This document shows, piece by piece, positions 37,254 through 47,402 of a stretch of 52,781 nucleotides of DNA. The translations under genes and the position numbers were made by a program. Source of the DNA: a virus (taxonomy: Duplodnaviria; Caudoviricetes); the IMG/VR virus record IMGVR_UViG_3300047201_000122, positions 1 to 52,781 of that record. One strand, 5' to 3'. The notes below the pieces were generated by a model. That model was not told the DNA's origin. It ran no database searches and was given only the letters and a program-made list of their open reading frames with translations. Every line of letters starts with the position of its first letter. The first letter of the stretch is position 1.

Positions 37254-37733
37254 ATAAAGAGATTAATTATCTTTTTTGAATTTTTAATTATTCTATACCT
37301 AATTACAATACCAAAAACAAAAATAGAAGCGAATACAGAAGCGAAAGAAGAAATAATAATAGCATCAAAAGAAGAAGAAATTAAAAAAATAAAAGCAGAA
37401 AAATATTTTATAATGACTTGCACAGCATATGCGATACATTCTAAATGCACTCCGGATAATAAAGGAATTACTGCAATTAATACTAAAGTCAGGGAAGGTA
37501 TTGTAGCAATAAATGTGGATTGGATTAATGATGAATGGATAATTAAAAGCCCTTTAAGTTTAAGACAGAAAATATATATTGAAGGATTAGGTTATTTTAT
37601 AGTTGAGGATACAGGATATTTCACTGAAGAAGATTTTCATTTTGATTATTGGAATATAGATATTTATTTCGATAATTATAATGAAGCAGTAGAATGGGGT
37701 ATAAGACTGGTTAAGATTTATATTATAGAATAG
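37254..37733 (+). CDS. Secreted 3D-domain (lytic transglycosylase-like) protein, probable ATA start
   Basis: TCTAY...GITA...VEDTG...IDIYF...AVEWG; in-frame upstream hydrophobic leader after GAGGT SD. Confidence 0.8.
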   Translation: MKRLIIFFEFLIILYLITIPKTKIEANTEAKEEIIIASKEEEIKKIKAEKYFIMTCTAYAIHSKCTPDNKGITAINTKVREGIVAINVDWINDEWIIKSPLSLRQKIYIEGLGYFIVEDTGYFTEEDFHFDYWNIDIYFDNYNEAVEWGIRLVKIYIIE

Positions 37734-37918
37734 GAGGTAAATATGGTTAATACAGATAAAATTCAAAACTGGTGGCTCACTATACCAGAAGAAAAAAGAA
37801 TAGAAATATATAAAAAAAGAAATTCTGATTGTGTTGATGTTTATAACAATTCTGACTGGAGTTCCTGGTGGTATTATCTGAGTAATAAAGAGCAAGAAAA
37901 AGTATATAAGGAAAATAA

Positions 37919-38620
37919 ATGTTAAAAGGAGCATATCATTCAAAACAGGTAAAGGAAAAAATAAAATTAGCACAAATTGGCAAACATTCTTTGGAAAATG
38001 AAGGTTGGATAAAAAAAGGACAAAAACTTCGTGAAGGGAAATTAGGATATAAGGAAACAAAAAATCATAAAGAGAATATAAGTAAAGCATTAAAGGGTAG
38101 AATTCCAAAAAATCTTTCATTAATAAATGCTAATAGATTCGGAGAAAACAATCCTTTCTTCGGAAAGAAAAGAACTGATAAATGGAAAAAAGAACATAGC
38201 GAAAAAATGAAAGGTAGAATACCAACAATGAAAGAGGGGAAATGGGGTAATGTCAAAAGAGGTTGGTATGATGTTAATAGTAAAAGAATGTTTTTTAGAA
38301 GTAAGTGGGAAGTCAATATAGCATTATATTTAGATTTTCTTATTAAGCAAAAACAGATAAAAAGCTGGACTTATGAAAAGAAAGTTTTTATATTTGAAAA
38401 AATTAAGTTTGGGATAAGGTCTTATAGACCTGATTTTGAAATTATAAATAATGATGATAACTGGGAATATTGGGAAGTTAAGGGATATATGGACGCGAGA
38501 AGTAAAACAAAGATAAAGAGAATGGCTAAATATTATCCTGATATTAAATTGATAATTATAGATAGTGAAATTTATCAAGAGATTAAAAAGAAATTAGGCA
38601 AAATGTTAAAGTTTTATTAA
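37919..38620 (+). CDS. NUMOD3-repeat + PD-(D/E)XK-type endonuclease
   Basis: GENNPFFGKKRT; FRSKWE...YRPDF...WEVKGY. Confidence 0.8.
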   Translation: MLKGAYHSKQVKEKIKLAQIGKHSLENEGWIKKGQKLREGKLGYKETKNHKENISKALKGRIPKNLSLINANRFGENNPFFGKKRTDKWKKEHSEKMKGRIPTMKEGKWGNVKRGWYDVNSKRMFFRSKWEVNIALYLDFLIKQKQIKSWTYEKKVFIFEKIKFGIRSYRPDFEIINNDDNWEYWEVKGYMDARSKTKIKRMAKYYPDIKLIIIDSEIYQEIKKKLGKMLKFY

Positions 38621-38916
38621 AGAAAGAAGGGAATAAAAAAGAATGGATACCAAATTTAAAACTTCTGAATTGATAGAATATTTAGATGAGCTTTTAAGTT
38701 TTCATCGAACCAATGTTAATAGTAAACATAAAGATGATAAGTTAAATGAAATCAAAAGAATATTGCTTGAGGATGAAGCCAGAAGGAATTATGCAAATCA
38801 TTTAGAAAATTTTGAAACTGATGGAGTTAGCAATTATATACCCGATATTGATAGTGATGAAAATGAATTACATTAACCAAATTATTTTAGGAAACGCTTT
38901 TTTTTGAGGCAAATAA

Positions 38917-39327
38917 ATGAATAAAAAAACTTTTATCAAAAATGGAAATAATTTATTAGAAGTATTATATTCTGAAACTCTAAATAAATTGTTGAAGCAT
39001 TGTATTGATGGTTATTTTCCAGAACTTAAAGAGCAGGATATTAAGATAGGCTATGTAATAAGCCTAAATGATTTTGGAGGAGCTAAAGCTGGAAGATGGG
39101 TAATTTTATTTCTTCCTAATTGTCCCAACTCTGTAACAGTAGAATATGCAAAATTCAAGTGGATTGTAATGCACGAACTTTGTCATTTTGTTAATCTGCA
39201 CCATCCAGATAAAATATTTAAAAAGAAAGTCCCGAATGATGTTTGGAAGTTGTGGAAAAAATTAGAAAAAGAAAAGGAGTTGAAATGTGATGAAGGAAGG
39301 ACAGAAAATATTAAGAGTCTTTATTAG
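38917..39327 (+). CDS. Zn metallopeptidase-like protein (M48/SprT-like)
   Basis: WIVMHELCHFVNLHH. Confidence 0.6.
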   Translation: MNKKTFIKNGNNLLEVLYSETLNKLLKHCIDGYFPELKEQDIKIGYVISLNDFGGAKAGRWVILFLPNCPNSVTVEYAKFKWIVMHELCHFVNLHHPDKIFKKKVPNDVWKLWKKLEKEKELKCDEGRTENIKSLY

Positions 39328-40132
39328 AAGAACAAGCCAAACTCCTGATGATAATTATGTCAGAATTGGAATGCCTGATTTATTTATGCCTAAAGATGTT
39401 GATAAAGTTCATATATCCACTATCTTCTCTTGGGATAAAGAAGAAGCACTTAGATTACAAAAAAATTATTTACAATATTATTCTAAAGTTATTGTTGGAG
39501 GTCCAGCATTCGCTAATGGCTCTTATAATCCCAAATTTATATCAGGTAAATATGTTAAGAAGGGAATTACAATAACTACAAGGGGTTGTAATTTTAGTTG
39601 TCCTTGGTGTCTAGTTCCAAAATATGAAGGTAGATTTAAGGAAATAAATATAGAGGCAGGCAATATCGTACAAGATAATAATATTCTTTTGGCCAATAGA
39701 GAACATCTTTGTAAAGTATTTCAAATGTTGCGAACACAAAAACAAATAAGATTTTTAGGGGGATTAGACAAGAGACTTTTATTGGATTGGCATATTGAAG
39801 AATTAAGATCGCTTAGAATTAAAGAATTATGGTTTTCCTTTGATAGTTGGAGTAGCAAAATATCTTTCATAAGAGTTATGGAAAGATTGAAAAAGGCAGG
39901 ATTCAGTAGGAATCAAATAAGATGTTATGTTTTAGTTGGATTTAATGAACTAATACAGGCAGGAGAAGATAGATTAAGGTTTGTTTATAATTGTGGTGCT
40001 TTACCTTATGCTCAAGTTTATCAACCGATAAATGAAAAGAAAAGATTTGCTGGAGAAAATTCAAGAGAGGATAATCTATTCGCAAGACGATGGTCAAGAC
40101 CTGCAATTATAAAATCCATTGGAGGATTATAA
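39287..40132 (+). CDS. Radical SAM protein
   Basis: TTRGCNFSCPWCLVP; VGGPA; QDNNIL; GGLD. Confidence 0.85.
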   Translation: MMKEGQKILRVFIRRTSQTPDDNYVRIGMPDLFMPKDVDKVHISTIFSWDKEEALRLQKNYLQYYSKVIVGGPAFANGSYNPKFISGKYVKKGITITTRGCNFSCPWCLVPKYEGRFKEINIEAGNIVQDNNILLANREHLCKVFQMLRTQKQIRFLGGLDKRLLLDWHIEELRSLRIKELWFSFDSWSSKISFIRVMERLKKAGFSRNQIRCYVLVGFNELIQAGEDRLRFVYNCGALPYAQVYQPINEKKRFAGENSREDNLFARRWSRPAIIKSIGGL

Positions 40133-40323
40133 AAATGGAGATTAAATTAGACAAAGAAAGCCAGAAGTTATTGGAAAAATTAATTAAGCAGATTAGTATA
40201 TTCAATGAGAATATAGGAGATATAAAAGAGATGATAGCTCCCTTATTAGGTTTTAAAGTGAAAAAGTGATATTATAAGGAAGAATATAAAAATAAGAAAT
40301 GGAATTGAATAAGGCGATTAAAT

Positions 40324-40767
40324 ATGTTTGATAAAAAAAAATATATGGAAAAGTGGCGAAAAGATAATAAAAAACATAAAATAAAATATGATAAACAATG
40401 GAAAAAAAATAATCCAGAATATATGAAAAAATGGCTTAAAGAAAATCCTGAATCTAATAGACCAGCTATAAAAAGATATTTCAAAACAGAAAAAGGTAAA
40501 GCTTGTAATCAAAGAGGACATTTTAAAAGACAAGCAAGATTTAGAGAAATTATTAACACCTTGACAGCAGAAGAATGGTTGAATATTTTAAAAGAGAATA
40601 ATTTTAGATGTATTTATTGTGGTAAGGATTTATTAAATTTATTTGATAAACCTGTGAGAGACCATATTATTCCTATAAGTAAAGGTGGGAATAATACAAA
40701 GGAGAATGTAACCTCCGCTTGCAGGAGTTGTAATGCAAAAAAATATAATAAAATTATAGTAAAATAA
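40324..40767 (+). CDS. HNH homing endonuclease, family A
   Basis: INTLTAEEW...CIYC...RDHIIPISKGGNNTKENVTSACRSCN. Confidence 0.9.
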   Translation: MFDKKKYMEKWRKDNKKHKIKYDKQWKKNNPEYMKKWLKENPESNRPAIKRYFKTEKGKACNQRGHFKRQARFREIINTLTAEEWLNILKENNFRCIYCGKDLLNLFDKPVRDHIIPISKGGNNTKENVTSACRSCNAKKYNKIIVK

Positions 40768-40771
40768 AATT

Positions 40772-41278
40772 ATGAAAGGAGCAGATATGTTAATAGATAA
40801 AAAGGATAGAGTAGATGAAATAAGAGAATTAGCCAGAATAAGACAGCAGAAACATCGTATGTCTGGAAAAGATATCTATTCAAGAAATGAGCATATACAT
40901 AAATGGTTAACTGAAAACGCAAAAAAAATAGTGAATATGTATGAAGAAAAAATATCAATTAAAAAAATTGCAGAAGAGATGGGAGTAGGTTTTACCGCTA
41001 TTTATTCTTTATTGATTAAAAATAATGCTCTTGGTAACAAGAAGAAAAAAGAAGAAACCGGACAAAGAAAAATCTATCCCTCAAAGAGAAAAGAGGAAAA
41101 CCTGAAACCATTTTATGAACGCATAAGTCCAGAATTACAAATGATGCTTAAAAGGAATCAAGAAATAAATAATATACATATGAAAAGATATGATTATGAT
41201 ACACACGAAAAAGAGGAAAATGTAATGGTAGGAAATGTAGTCGAAATGAAAGAAACAATGTTACAACCGAAAAAATAA
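40772..41278 (+). CDS. HTH-containing protein
   Basis: ISIKKIAEEMGVGFTAIYSLL. Confidence 0.6.
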   Translation: MKGADMLIDKKDRVDEIRELARIRQQKHRMSGKDIYSRNEHIHKWLTENAKKIVNMYEEKISIKKIAEEMGVGFTAIYSLLIKNNALGNKKKKEETGQRKIYPSKRKEENLKPFYERISPELQMMLKRNQEINNIHMKRYDYDTHEKEENVMVGNVVEMKETMLQPKK

Positions 41279-41328
41279 TAAAGTGAAACTCGGGGCCCGA
41301 GCCAATAAGAAAAAAATAGAGGTAGAAT

Positions 41329-41388
41329 ATGAATATAAATGATATAAAAATAAATCCAAATAATCCGAGAAGTATTAAAGATGGATAA
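41329..41388 (+). pseudogene. 19-codon remnant of a ParB-N-domain gene
   Basis: GAGGT SD; MNINDIKINPNNPRSIKDG*. Confidence 0.55.
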
Positions 41389-41631
41389 CAAAGAGATTAA
41401 TCAAATAATAGAAAATTATAAACCACATCAAGGTTTTTTTGACTTATCGGTAAAACCTAAAACCTTAAATAAAATCGAGTATGCGAAAATATTAAATACA
41501 CAAAACATTTTAGTAGAGCAGGGGAATAATATAGAATATTTAAAGAAATTTACACCTATACAATATGAGGATTGGAAAGAAATATCAGCGATATATCAGG
41601 CGATTGTTTATCAATATTGGGGGATTTAATA

Positions 41632-41835
41632 ATGGCGTGGAAAGAGAAACATAATTTTATATTAAAAAATAAAATAGATATTATCAAAAAATATAAAGAG
41701 AATATCCCTATCAAGAAAATATCTGAAATATATAATGTATCCAAAGGTTGTATAAGTAATAATTTAAGATTATGGGGTGCGATTCAAAGGCACGGGATAA
41801 AATATTTATTAGGCAAAATTTATGAAAAACAATGA
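41632..41835 (+). CDS. Small HTH protein
   Basis: IPIKKISEIYNVSKGCISNNL. Confidence 0.6.
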   Translation: MAWKEKHNFILKNKIDIIKKYKENIPIKKISEIYNVSKGCISNNLRLWGAIQRHGIKYLLGKIYEKQ

Positions 41836-41975
41836 AATTCCAGTATATTGTTGGTATTGTGGAAAAAGATTTTATATTGAGATTAAAAATGTTTATGCAG
41901 GTCATTTGTTTTGTAGTGATGAATGTAGAGAGAATAATTTAAAAGAAGAAATGAAGTTAGAAAAAGGTGAACAGA

Positions 41976-42503
41976 ATGGCAGGAGATAATAAAGTAGATA
42001 GTAAAACAAAGCAGGAAAGAGTATATAAGGTTAGTTTAATGTTAAGAAGGAAATCTATCTTTTTTATATTAGATTATATTAGATTAAATTGGGGATTGGA
42101 AAGAGCTCAAGCCTTTAATTATATTAAAGAAGCAAAAAATGAATGGCAAAAATATTTTTCACAAATAAAAAAATGTGGGAAAAGTTATTATGTAGCTCAA
42201 TTGAGAGATTTAAAAGACGAAGCCTATGAAAGAAAAATAGTAATAGGTAAAGGTGATAATAAAGAGGCAGTTACCGTTGCTGATTTAGGATTAGTCTTTG
42301 AAATAACCAAAGAAGAAGCTAAATTAATGGGTATATACCCTTCTACTAAAGAAGATATAACTGTAAAGCATTCAGGCGAAATTAATAGTCAATTAACTCA
42401 TATATTAAAAATGGAAGATGAGGAACTTAATGAACTTATTAAAAGACTTTCAAAAACGGGAATTGGCGACAGCCCTACTGGAACAGAAGAGAAGAGAAAT
42501 TAA
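41976..42503 (+). CDS. terS: Terminase small subunit
   Basis: Immediately upstream of and overlapping the large subunit; EEAKLMGIY...VKHSGEI...MEDEELNE. Confidence 0.75.
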   Translation: MAGDNKVDSKTKQERVYKVSLMLRRKSIFFILDYIRLNWGLERAQAFNYIKEAKNEWQKYFSQIKKCGKSYYVAQLRDLKDEAYERKIVIGKGDNKEAVTVADLGLVFEITKEEAKLMGIYPSTKEDITVKHSGEINSQLTHILKMEDEELNELIKRLSKTGIGDSPTGTEEKRN

Positions 42504-43851
42504 GAAAGACCCCTGGCTATTAGCTGAGATATTGTATCCTAAATATGAATTCAAAGATTTTCATAGGGAATGGTTTTATAATGCTTTAAGTGAAGAAGAG
42601 GATTTATGTTTAGCACCGAGAAAATTTGCTAAAACTACAGTGAGGGCTATAATAAATTCAATATGGGATATGATAAGAAATCCCAATATACAGATTGGCC
42701 TCTGTTCGGATACTAATTCCCAAGCAATACATTTTGGAAGAGAAACTAAAATGCATTGTGAAAGAAATAAAGATTTAATTACTTTATATCCTTATTTAAC
42801 ATCAGGCAGGATATGGGCGGATAATGAATTTACTATAATCGGGGCAACGGAAATTCAGAAGGGAGCAACGATTACTGCTTTTGGTTATGGACAGGCCACA
42901 GGATATGAATTTGATAAACTAATAATTGATGATATAGTTGATTTTGAGAATGTCAGAACAAAATATCAAAGGGATAAATTAGAAGATTGGGTAGGAATGG
43001 GATTGAGGCCGATGCTGAAATCAGGAGGTAAGATAAGTTGGAGCGGTACTCGTTATAATCAGAATGACCAGTATGGCAGGTTGTTAGAAAAAGGGATAAA
43101 GACAAATACAAATTCTCATAAAGCTATACTTGACAATGGAGAATCTATGTGGCCAGAATTATGGCCAATAGAAAAATTATTAGATAAAAAAGAAAAAATG
43201 GGTTCGATGAGTTTTGATGCTCAATACCAAAATGATGTTAAGTTGATGGCTTTAGGAAAGATATTCAAGCGGGAATGGTTTAAATATATCCGAAAGAATC
43301 CTAATGACCCTTCTGAATTTATTAGAGATGACGGAGCGAGAATAAATATAAAAGAACTGGCTATATACCAGACCTGTGATTTAGCGATAAGTAAAGAAAC
43401 GACCGCAGACTATTTTGTGATATTGACTTTTGGAATGGATAAAGAGGGAAATATATATATATTGGATATCCTAAGAGGTAGATATGATTGGCCAGAACAG
43501 AAGAAAATTAGCAGACAGAATTATTTGAAATGGAAAGAATTAGGTTTAAGATGGAGAGGGATTGAAAAAGTTCAATATCAGGCGGTATTATTACAGGAAT
43601 TAAATACCTTTGTAGATATGTCCATAATACCTCTTATTACTATGGGATTAGATAAAATAACCAGAGCAATGCCGATGAGTGCAAAGTATGAAAGTGGGAA
43701 AGTTTATCATAATGCTAATATGGAAATATTGCAGGATTTTGAAGATGAAATGACTTCTTTTAATGAAGGAGAAAATGACGATATGGTAGATTGCACAAGT
43801 TATATACCCCAATGCGTAACCAGAGAGAAATTAAAGGTAAGGGTGAGGTGA
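42418..43851 (+). CDS. terL: Terminase large subunit
   Basis: APRKFAKT Walker A; LIIDD Walker B; GTRY; CDLA...ADY; NDDMVD nuclease motif. Confidence 0.95.
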   Translation: MRNLMNLLKDFQKRELATALLEQKRREIKKDPWLLAEILYPKYEFKDFHREWFYNALSEEEDLCLAPRKFAKTTVRAIINSIWDMIRNPNIQIGLCSDTNSQAIHFGRETKMHCERNKDLITLYPYLTSGRIWADNEFTIIGATEIQKGATITAFGYGQATGYEFDKLIIDDIVDFENVRTKYQRDKLEDWVGMGLRPMLKSGGKISWSGTRYNQNDQYGRLLEKGIKTNTNSHKAILDNGESMWPELWPIEKLLDKKEKMGSMSFDAQYQNDVKLMALGKIFKREWFKYIRKNPNDPSEFIRDDGARINIKELAIYQTCDLAISKETTADYFVILTFGMDKEGNIYILDILRGRYDWPEQKKISRQNYLKWKELGLRWRGIEKVQYQAVLLQELNTFVDMSIIPLITMGLDKITRAMPMSAKYESGKVYHNANMEILQDFEDEMTSFNEGENDDMVDCTSYIPQCVTREKLKVRVR

Positions 43852-44091
43852 AGTAAAAAATGTTTATGAGTCTGAAATTAGAAAGTAAAATTAAAAAGGA
43901 AATTGTAGAAGGTTATAATAGAGGAGATATATTACAAAGGGTTAGGAAGGAATTCGGTTTAATAAGAGGAATCGAATTTTGGTATGATATATGTTATAAT
44001 ACTATATGTTCTGAGATGGGTATTAATCGAAAAAGGGGAGAAGAATTGAAACCGACGAAAGTAAAATTAATACCAAGAAGAGAAGGGGATA

Positions 44092-44721
44092 ATGATTAAT
44101 AAAAAGGAATACAATAAACAATGGCGGGATAAAAATAAAGAACACATTAAGAAATATAATAAAAAATGGTGGGAAGAAAATCCAGACTATAGAAATGAAT
44201 ATTATGAAAGAAATAAAAAGAAGGTAAAAGAACAAAATAAAAATTGGAGGAAAGGACATCCAGAATATGATATAATATATCTGGGAAAATATAGAGAAGA
44301 GAATAAAGAAAGATTATCAATTCAGCATAAAAAATGGAGAGAAAATAATCCAGAACACCATAAGAAATGGCAAGAAAATAATCTTGATAAACTTCAAGAA
44401 ATTATAAAAAAATACAATAAAACAGAAAAGGGGAAAGCAAACGCTCAAAGAGTCCAATCTAAAAGACGTGCAAATGAGAGAGAGATTATTAATACTTTAA
44501 CCTATCAAGAATGGTTGGACATTTTAAAAGGATATAAATATGAATGTGCTTACTGCAATAAGAAATTTGATTTATTCAATAAACCAGAAAGAGACCACGT
44601 TATCCCTATTTCAAAAGGCGGAAACAATATTAAAGAAAATATCGTTCCTGCTTGCAAAAGTTGTAATAGCAGTAAACAAAGTAAAGATTTAATTATTTTT
44701 AATAAAAACAAAGGAAGGTGA
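44092..44721 (+). CDS. HNH homing endonuclease, family A
   Basis: WxEENP repeats; CAYC...RDHVIPISKGGNNIKENIVPACKSCN. Confidence 0.9.
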   Translation: MINKKEYNKQWRDKNKEHIKKYNKKWWEENPDYRNEYYERNKKKVKEQNKNWRKGHPEYDIIYLGKYREENKERLSIQHKKWRENNPEHHKKWQENNLDKLQEIIKKYNKTEKGKANAQRVQSKRRANEREIINTLTYQEWLDILKGYKYECAYCNKKFDLFNKPERDHVIPISKGGNNIKENIVPACKSCNSSKQSKDLIIFNKNKGR

Positions 44722-44727
44722 TGATAG

Positions 44728-46302
44728 ATGAGTAATCGGCCTTTTTGTATAGTCACAAAGGCAGGTAATACTGTCAGGGCAGAAATACTCGATAAATATA
44801 CTCTATCCGGCGAAAGTAAACAATTGGAATCTGATGTATTTGCAGATAGATATGAAAAATATGAATTACAAACTCCACTATACAATCCAATCATAATGGC
44901 CAAACTTATGGAATATTCGACATATCATATGCGTTGTTGCAAAGTAAAGGCAGGTGATTGCGTAGGACAAGGGTGGAGTTTATACCCTTTAGTAGAAAAT
45001 CCAAATGATGCACAAAAGAAAACGATAGAAGAATTCTTTAAGAAGCTACCTGAACCAATAGAAAATACCATTGAAAAAGCACAATTAGATAAAGAACTAA
45101 TTGGTTATTTATCGATAGAAATAGTCAGGGAATATAATAAATTTGATGGTATTATTAGTCTAATAAAACATATTCCAGCTCATACCGTAAGGATTCATAA
45201 GAGCGGGAATAAATTCTGTCAATTATGGCAGGGTGGATTAGGAACTGAAGAAAGAGTATGGTTTAGAAAATTAGGATACGGAAAGGATATTGAAAAAGTA
45301 AATGGATTAGAAAAGGAATCAGGGGAATATACTAAAGAAGAGAGAGCAAATGAATTATTCTGGGATGTAAATTATACCCCCAGAAGTTATTTTTATGGAA
45401 TTCCTGATATAACACCTGCAATAGGAGCTATTACTGGAGATATATCCAGAAGGGATTATAACATAGACTTCTTTACTAATTATGGAGTCCCCGCTTATAT
45501 GGTATATATCACTGGAGATTTTGACCCTGGAGAAGAGAACCCTGAAACTAAAAAGACTCCAATGGAAGAAGAAATAAATGAGAAATTTAAAGAAATCGCT
45601 AAAAATCCTCATTCAGTTATGATTTTAAGTGTTCCAAAAAGAGAAGGTGGTATGGGTGAAGTAACCATTGAAGTAAAACCATTATCAATTGAAGTAAAAG
45701 AAGCAAGTTTTAGAATGTATCGAATAGATAATAGAAACGAAATAATATCTGCTCACGGTATACCCCCATACCGTATAGGGGTATATGAAACAGGAGAATT
45801 GGCAGGTAATTTAGGGCAAGAATCCACTATTATATATAATGAGAGCATAATAAAACCAAGACAAAGGGTATATAAGAATTTAATTAATTTTTACGTCTTG
45901 CCTTCCTTAGGAATAACCGATTGGGAATGGGAACTAAATTCTATTGATATAACTGATGTGGATAAAGAATTAGACCGGGTAGGGGTATTAATTGATAAGG
46001 CAATGGCCACTCCAAACGAAGGGATTGCTTTTATTGGAGATTATTTTGGGATAGAAGTTAAAAGCGATAATCCGGCTATGGATTTACATTATTATATGGG
46101 ACAACCGATAGATTTAGGCGGATATGTTCCTGCTTCTGATATTACCAATGTATTACAAGGTATGAAAGAAAAATTAATTGAGGTGTTTATAGCTAATGTT
46201 ACAAAATCAAGCGGGAGTGATGCTATTCGAGATAGAAAACTTATTAAAGCGATTGCAGACCTTCAAAAAGATTCCAGCAGAAGTAATCAGAGAAGAAAAT
46301 AG
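44728..46302 (+). CDS. Portal protein (PBSX-type)
   Basis: HIPAHTVR; FYGIPD; FFTNYGVP; IISAHGIPPYRIG; TPNE. Confidence 0.9.
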   Translation: MSNRPFCIVTKAGNTVRAEILDKYTLSGESKQLESDVFADRYEKYELQTPLYNPIIMAKLMEYSTYHMRCCKVKAGDCVGQGWSLYPLVENPNDAQKKTIEEFFKKLPEPIENTIEKAQLDKELIGYLSIEIVREYNKFDGIISLIKHIPAHTVRIHKSGNKFCQLWQGGLGTEERVWFRKLGYGKDIEKVNGLEKESGEYTKEERANELFWDVNYTPRSYFYGIPDITPAIGAITGDISRRDYNIDFFTNYGVPAYMVYITGDFDPGEENPETKKTPMEEEINEKFKEIAKNPHSVMILSVPKREGGMGEVTIEVKPLSIEVKEASFRMYRIDNRNEIISAHGIPPYRIGVYETGELAGNLGQESTIIYNESIIKPRQRVYKNLINFYVLPSLGITDWEWELNSIDITDVDKELDRVGVLIDKAMATPNEGIAFIGDYFGIEVKSDNPAMDLHYYMGQPIDLGGYVPASDITNVLQGMKEKLIEVFIANVTKSSGSDAIRDRKLIKAIADLQKDSSRSNQRRK

Positions 46303-47128
46303 ACTCTATGAAAAGCTAAAGGCTCTCTTTACCAAAAGATTTAAGAAGATAATGAGTCAACTTAAAAAAGATGGGTTGCCTTCTTCTGATTCGCAAAGGA
46401 AAATATTATTACATCCTATAATTGAAATGAAGAAGGAATATGCAGATACAGTCATTGAGGGAACGACGGAAGCTTTAAGATATGGAAGGCGAAAAACCTT
46501 TGATGAATTAAAGAAATCAAAATATCTGAAAGTAAAAAAGGCAAAAGGGAAAATCCCGAAACTTCCTATAACCCCAATATTGGAAGTAGAATTTTCTGAT
46601 TTTTCTCCAGAATTGTCAAGAATAATAAGAGATAAAACCTTCGTAGCATCTGAGGCAACTATGGACAGGATAATAGGGGATATAATGAAAAATCTGAAAG
46701 ATAGTTATGAACAGGGGTTAGGGATTGATAATGCCGCAGATAGATTAAAAGAAGTAACTACCAGTATGGAAGATTATGAATTGGTAAGAGTCGCCAGAAC
46801 GGAAATAAACCAAGCACAAAACAAAGGTGCATATTATACTGAGTTGGAATTAGAGCTTGAATATCATAAGTGGTGGACAGCACAAGATGATAAAGTAAGA
46901 GGAAACGACCCTAAAGATAAGGCAGACCACGTTTATTTGCACGGACAAATAGTTAGAGTAGGAGAACCTTTTAGTAATGGATTATTATATCCTGGAGATA
47001 CTTCAGGACCTATATGGGAATGGATAATGTGCCGATGTAGACCTTCTCCTTTCTTGATGCCAGAAGGATATATTGTTCCACCAGGAATGAAATATTTTTA
47101 TGAAGAAGATTTAATACCGATAGGATAA
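46196..47128 (+). CDS. Minor head protein (SPP1 gp7/MuF-like)
   Basis: RVARTE...KWWTAQDDKVR...H...YPGD...CRC. Confidence 0.9.
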   Translation: MLQNQAGVMLFEIENLLKRLQTFKKIPAEVIREENRLYEKLKALFTKRFKKIMSQLKKDGLPSSDSQRKILLHPIIEMKKEYADTVIEGTTEALRYGRRKTFDELKKSKYLKVKKAKGKIPKLPITPILEVEFSDFSPELSRIIRDKTFVASEATMDRIIGDIMKNLKDSYEQGLGIDNAADRLKEVTTSMEDYELVRVARTEINQAQNKGAYYTELELELEYHKWWTAQDDKVRGNDPKDKADHVYLHGQIVRVGEPFSNGLLYPGDTSGPIWEWIMCRCRPSPFLMPEGYIVPPGMKYFYEEDLIPIG

Positions 47129-47140
47129 AGGAAGGATATT

Positions 47141-47323
47141 ATGGGAAAAATAAAAGAAGTAAGATGTGGGGAATGCGGGGATTTACTTTTTAAAGTTATT
47201 GATGAAGAATATATAGAAATAATATGTGAAAGGGAAGGGCACAAGACTTTATGGAGAATACCAGAAACCCACTTGACAAATAAAAAAGAACCTGATAAAC
47301 TTTATATTGAAAATATTAAATAA
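47141..47323 (+). CDS. Mu Com-like Zn-finger regulator
   Basis: EVRCGECGDLLFK...IEIICEREGH. Confidence 0.6.
   Translation: MGKIKEVRCGECGDLLFKVIDEEYIEIICEREGHKTLWRIPETHLTNKKEPDKLYIENIK
47273..47301 (+). promoter_or_regulatory. Promoter for the head operon
   Basis: TTGACA-17-TAAACT with TGn. Confidence 0.75.
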
Positions 47324-47350
47324 ATAAAAATTCTCGTGTGAGAACCTTTT

Positions 47351-47383
47351 AGAGAACCTGAGCGAGTAGGTTCTCTTTTTTTT
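47351..47383 (+). terminator. Intrinsic terminator/attenuator before the prohead protease
   Basis: AGAGAACCTG-AGCGAG-TAGGTTCTCT followed by a T-run. Confidence 0.8.
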
Positions 47384-47402
47384 GGGAAAGAGGTGATGAT
47401 AT

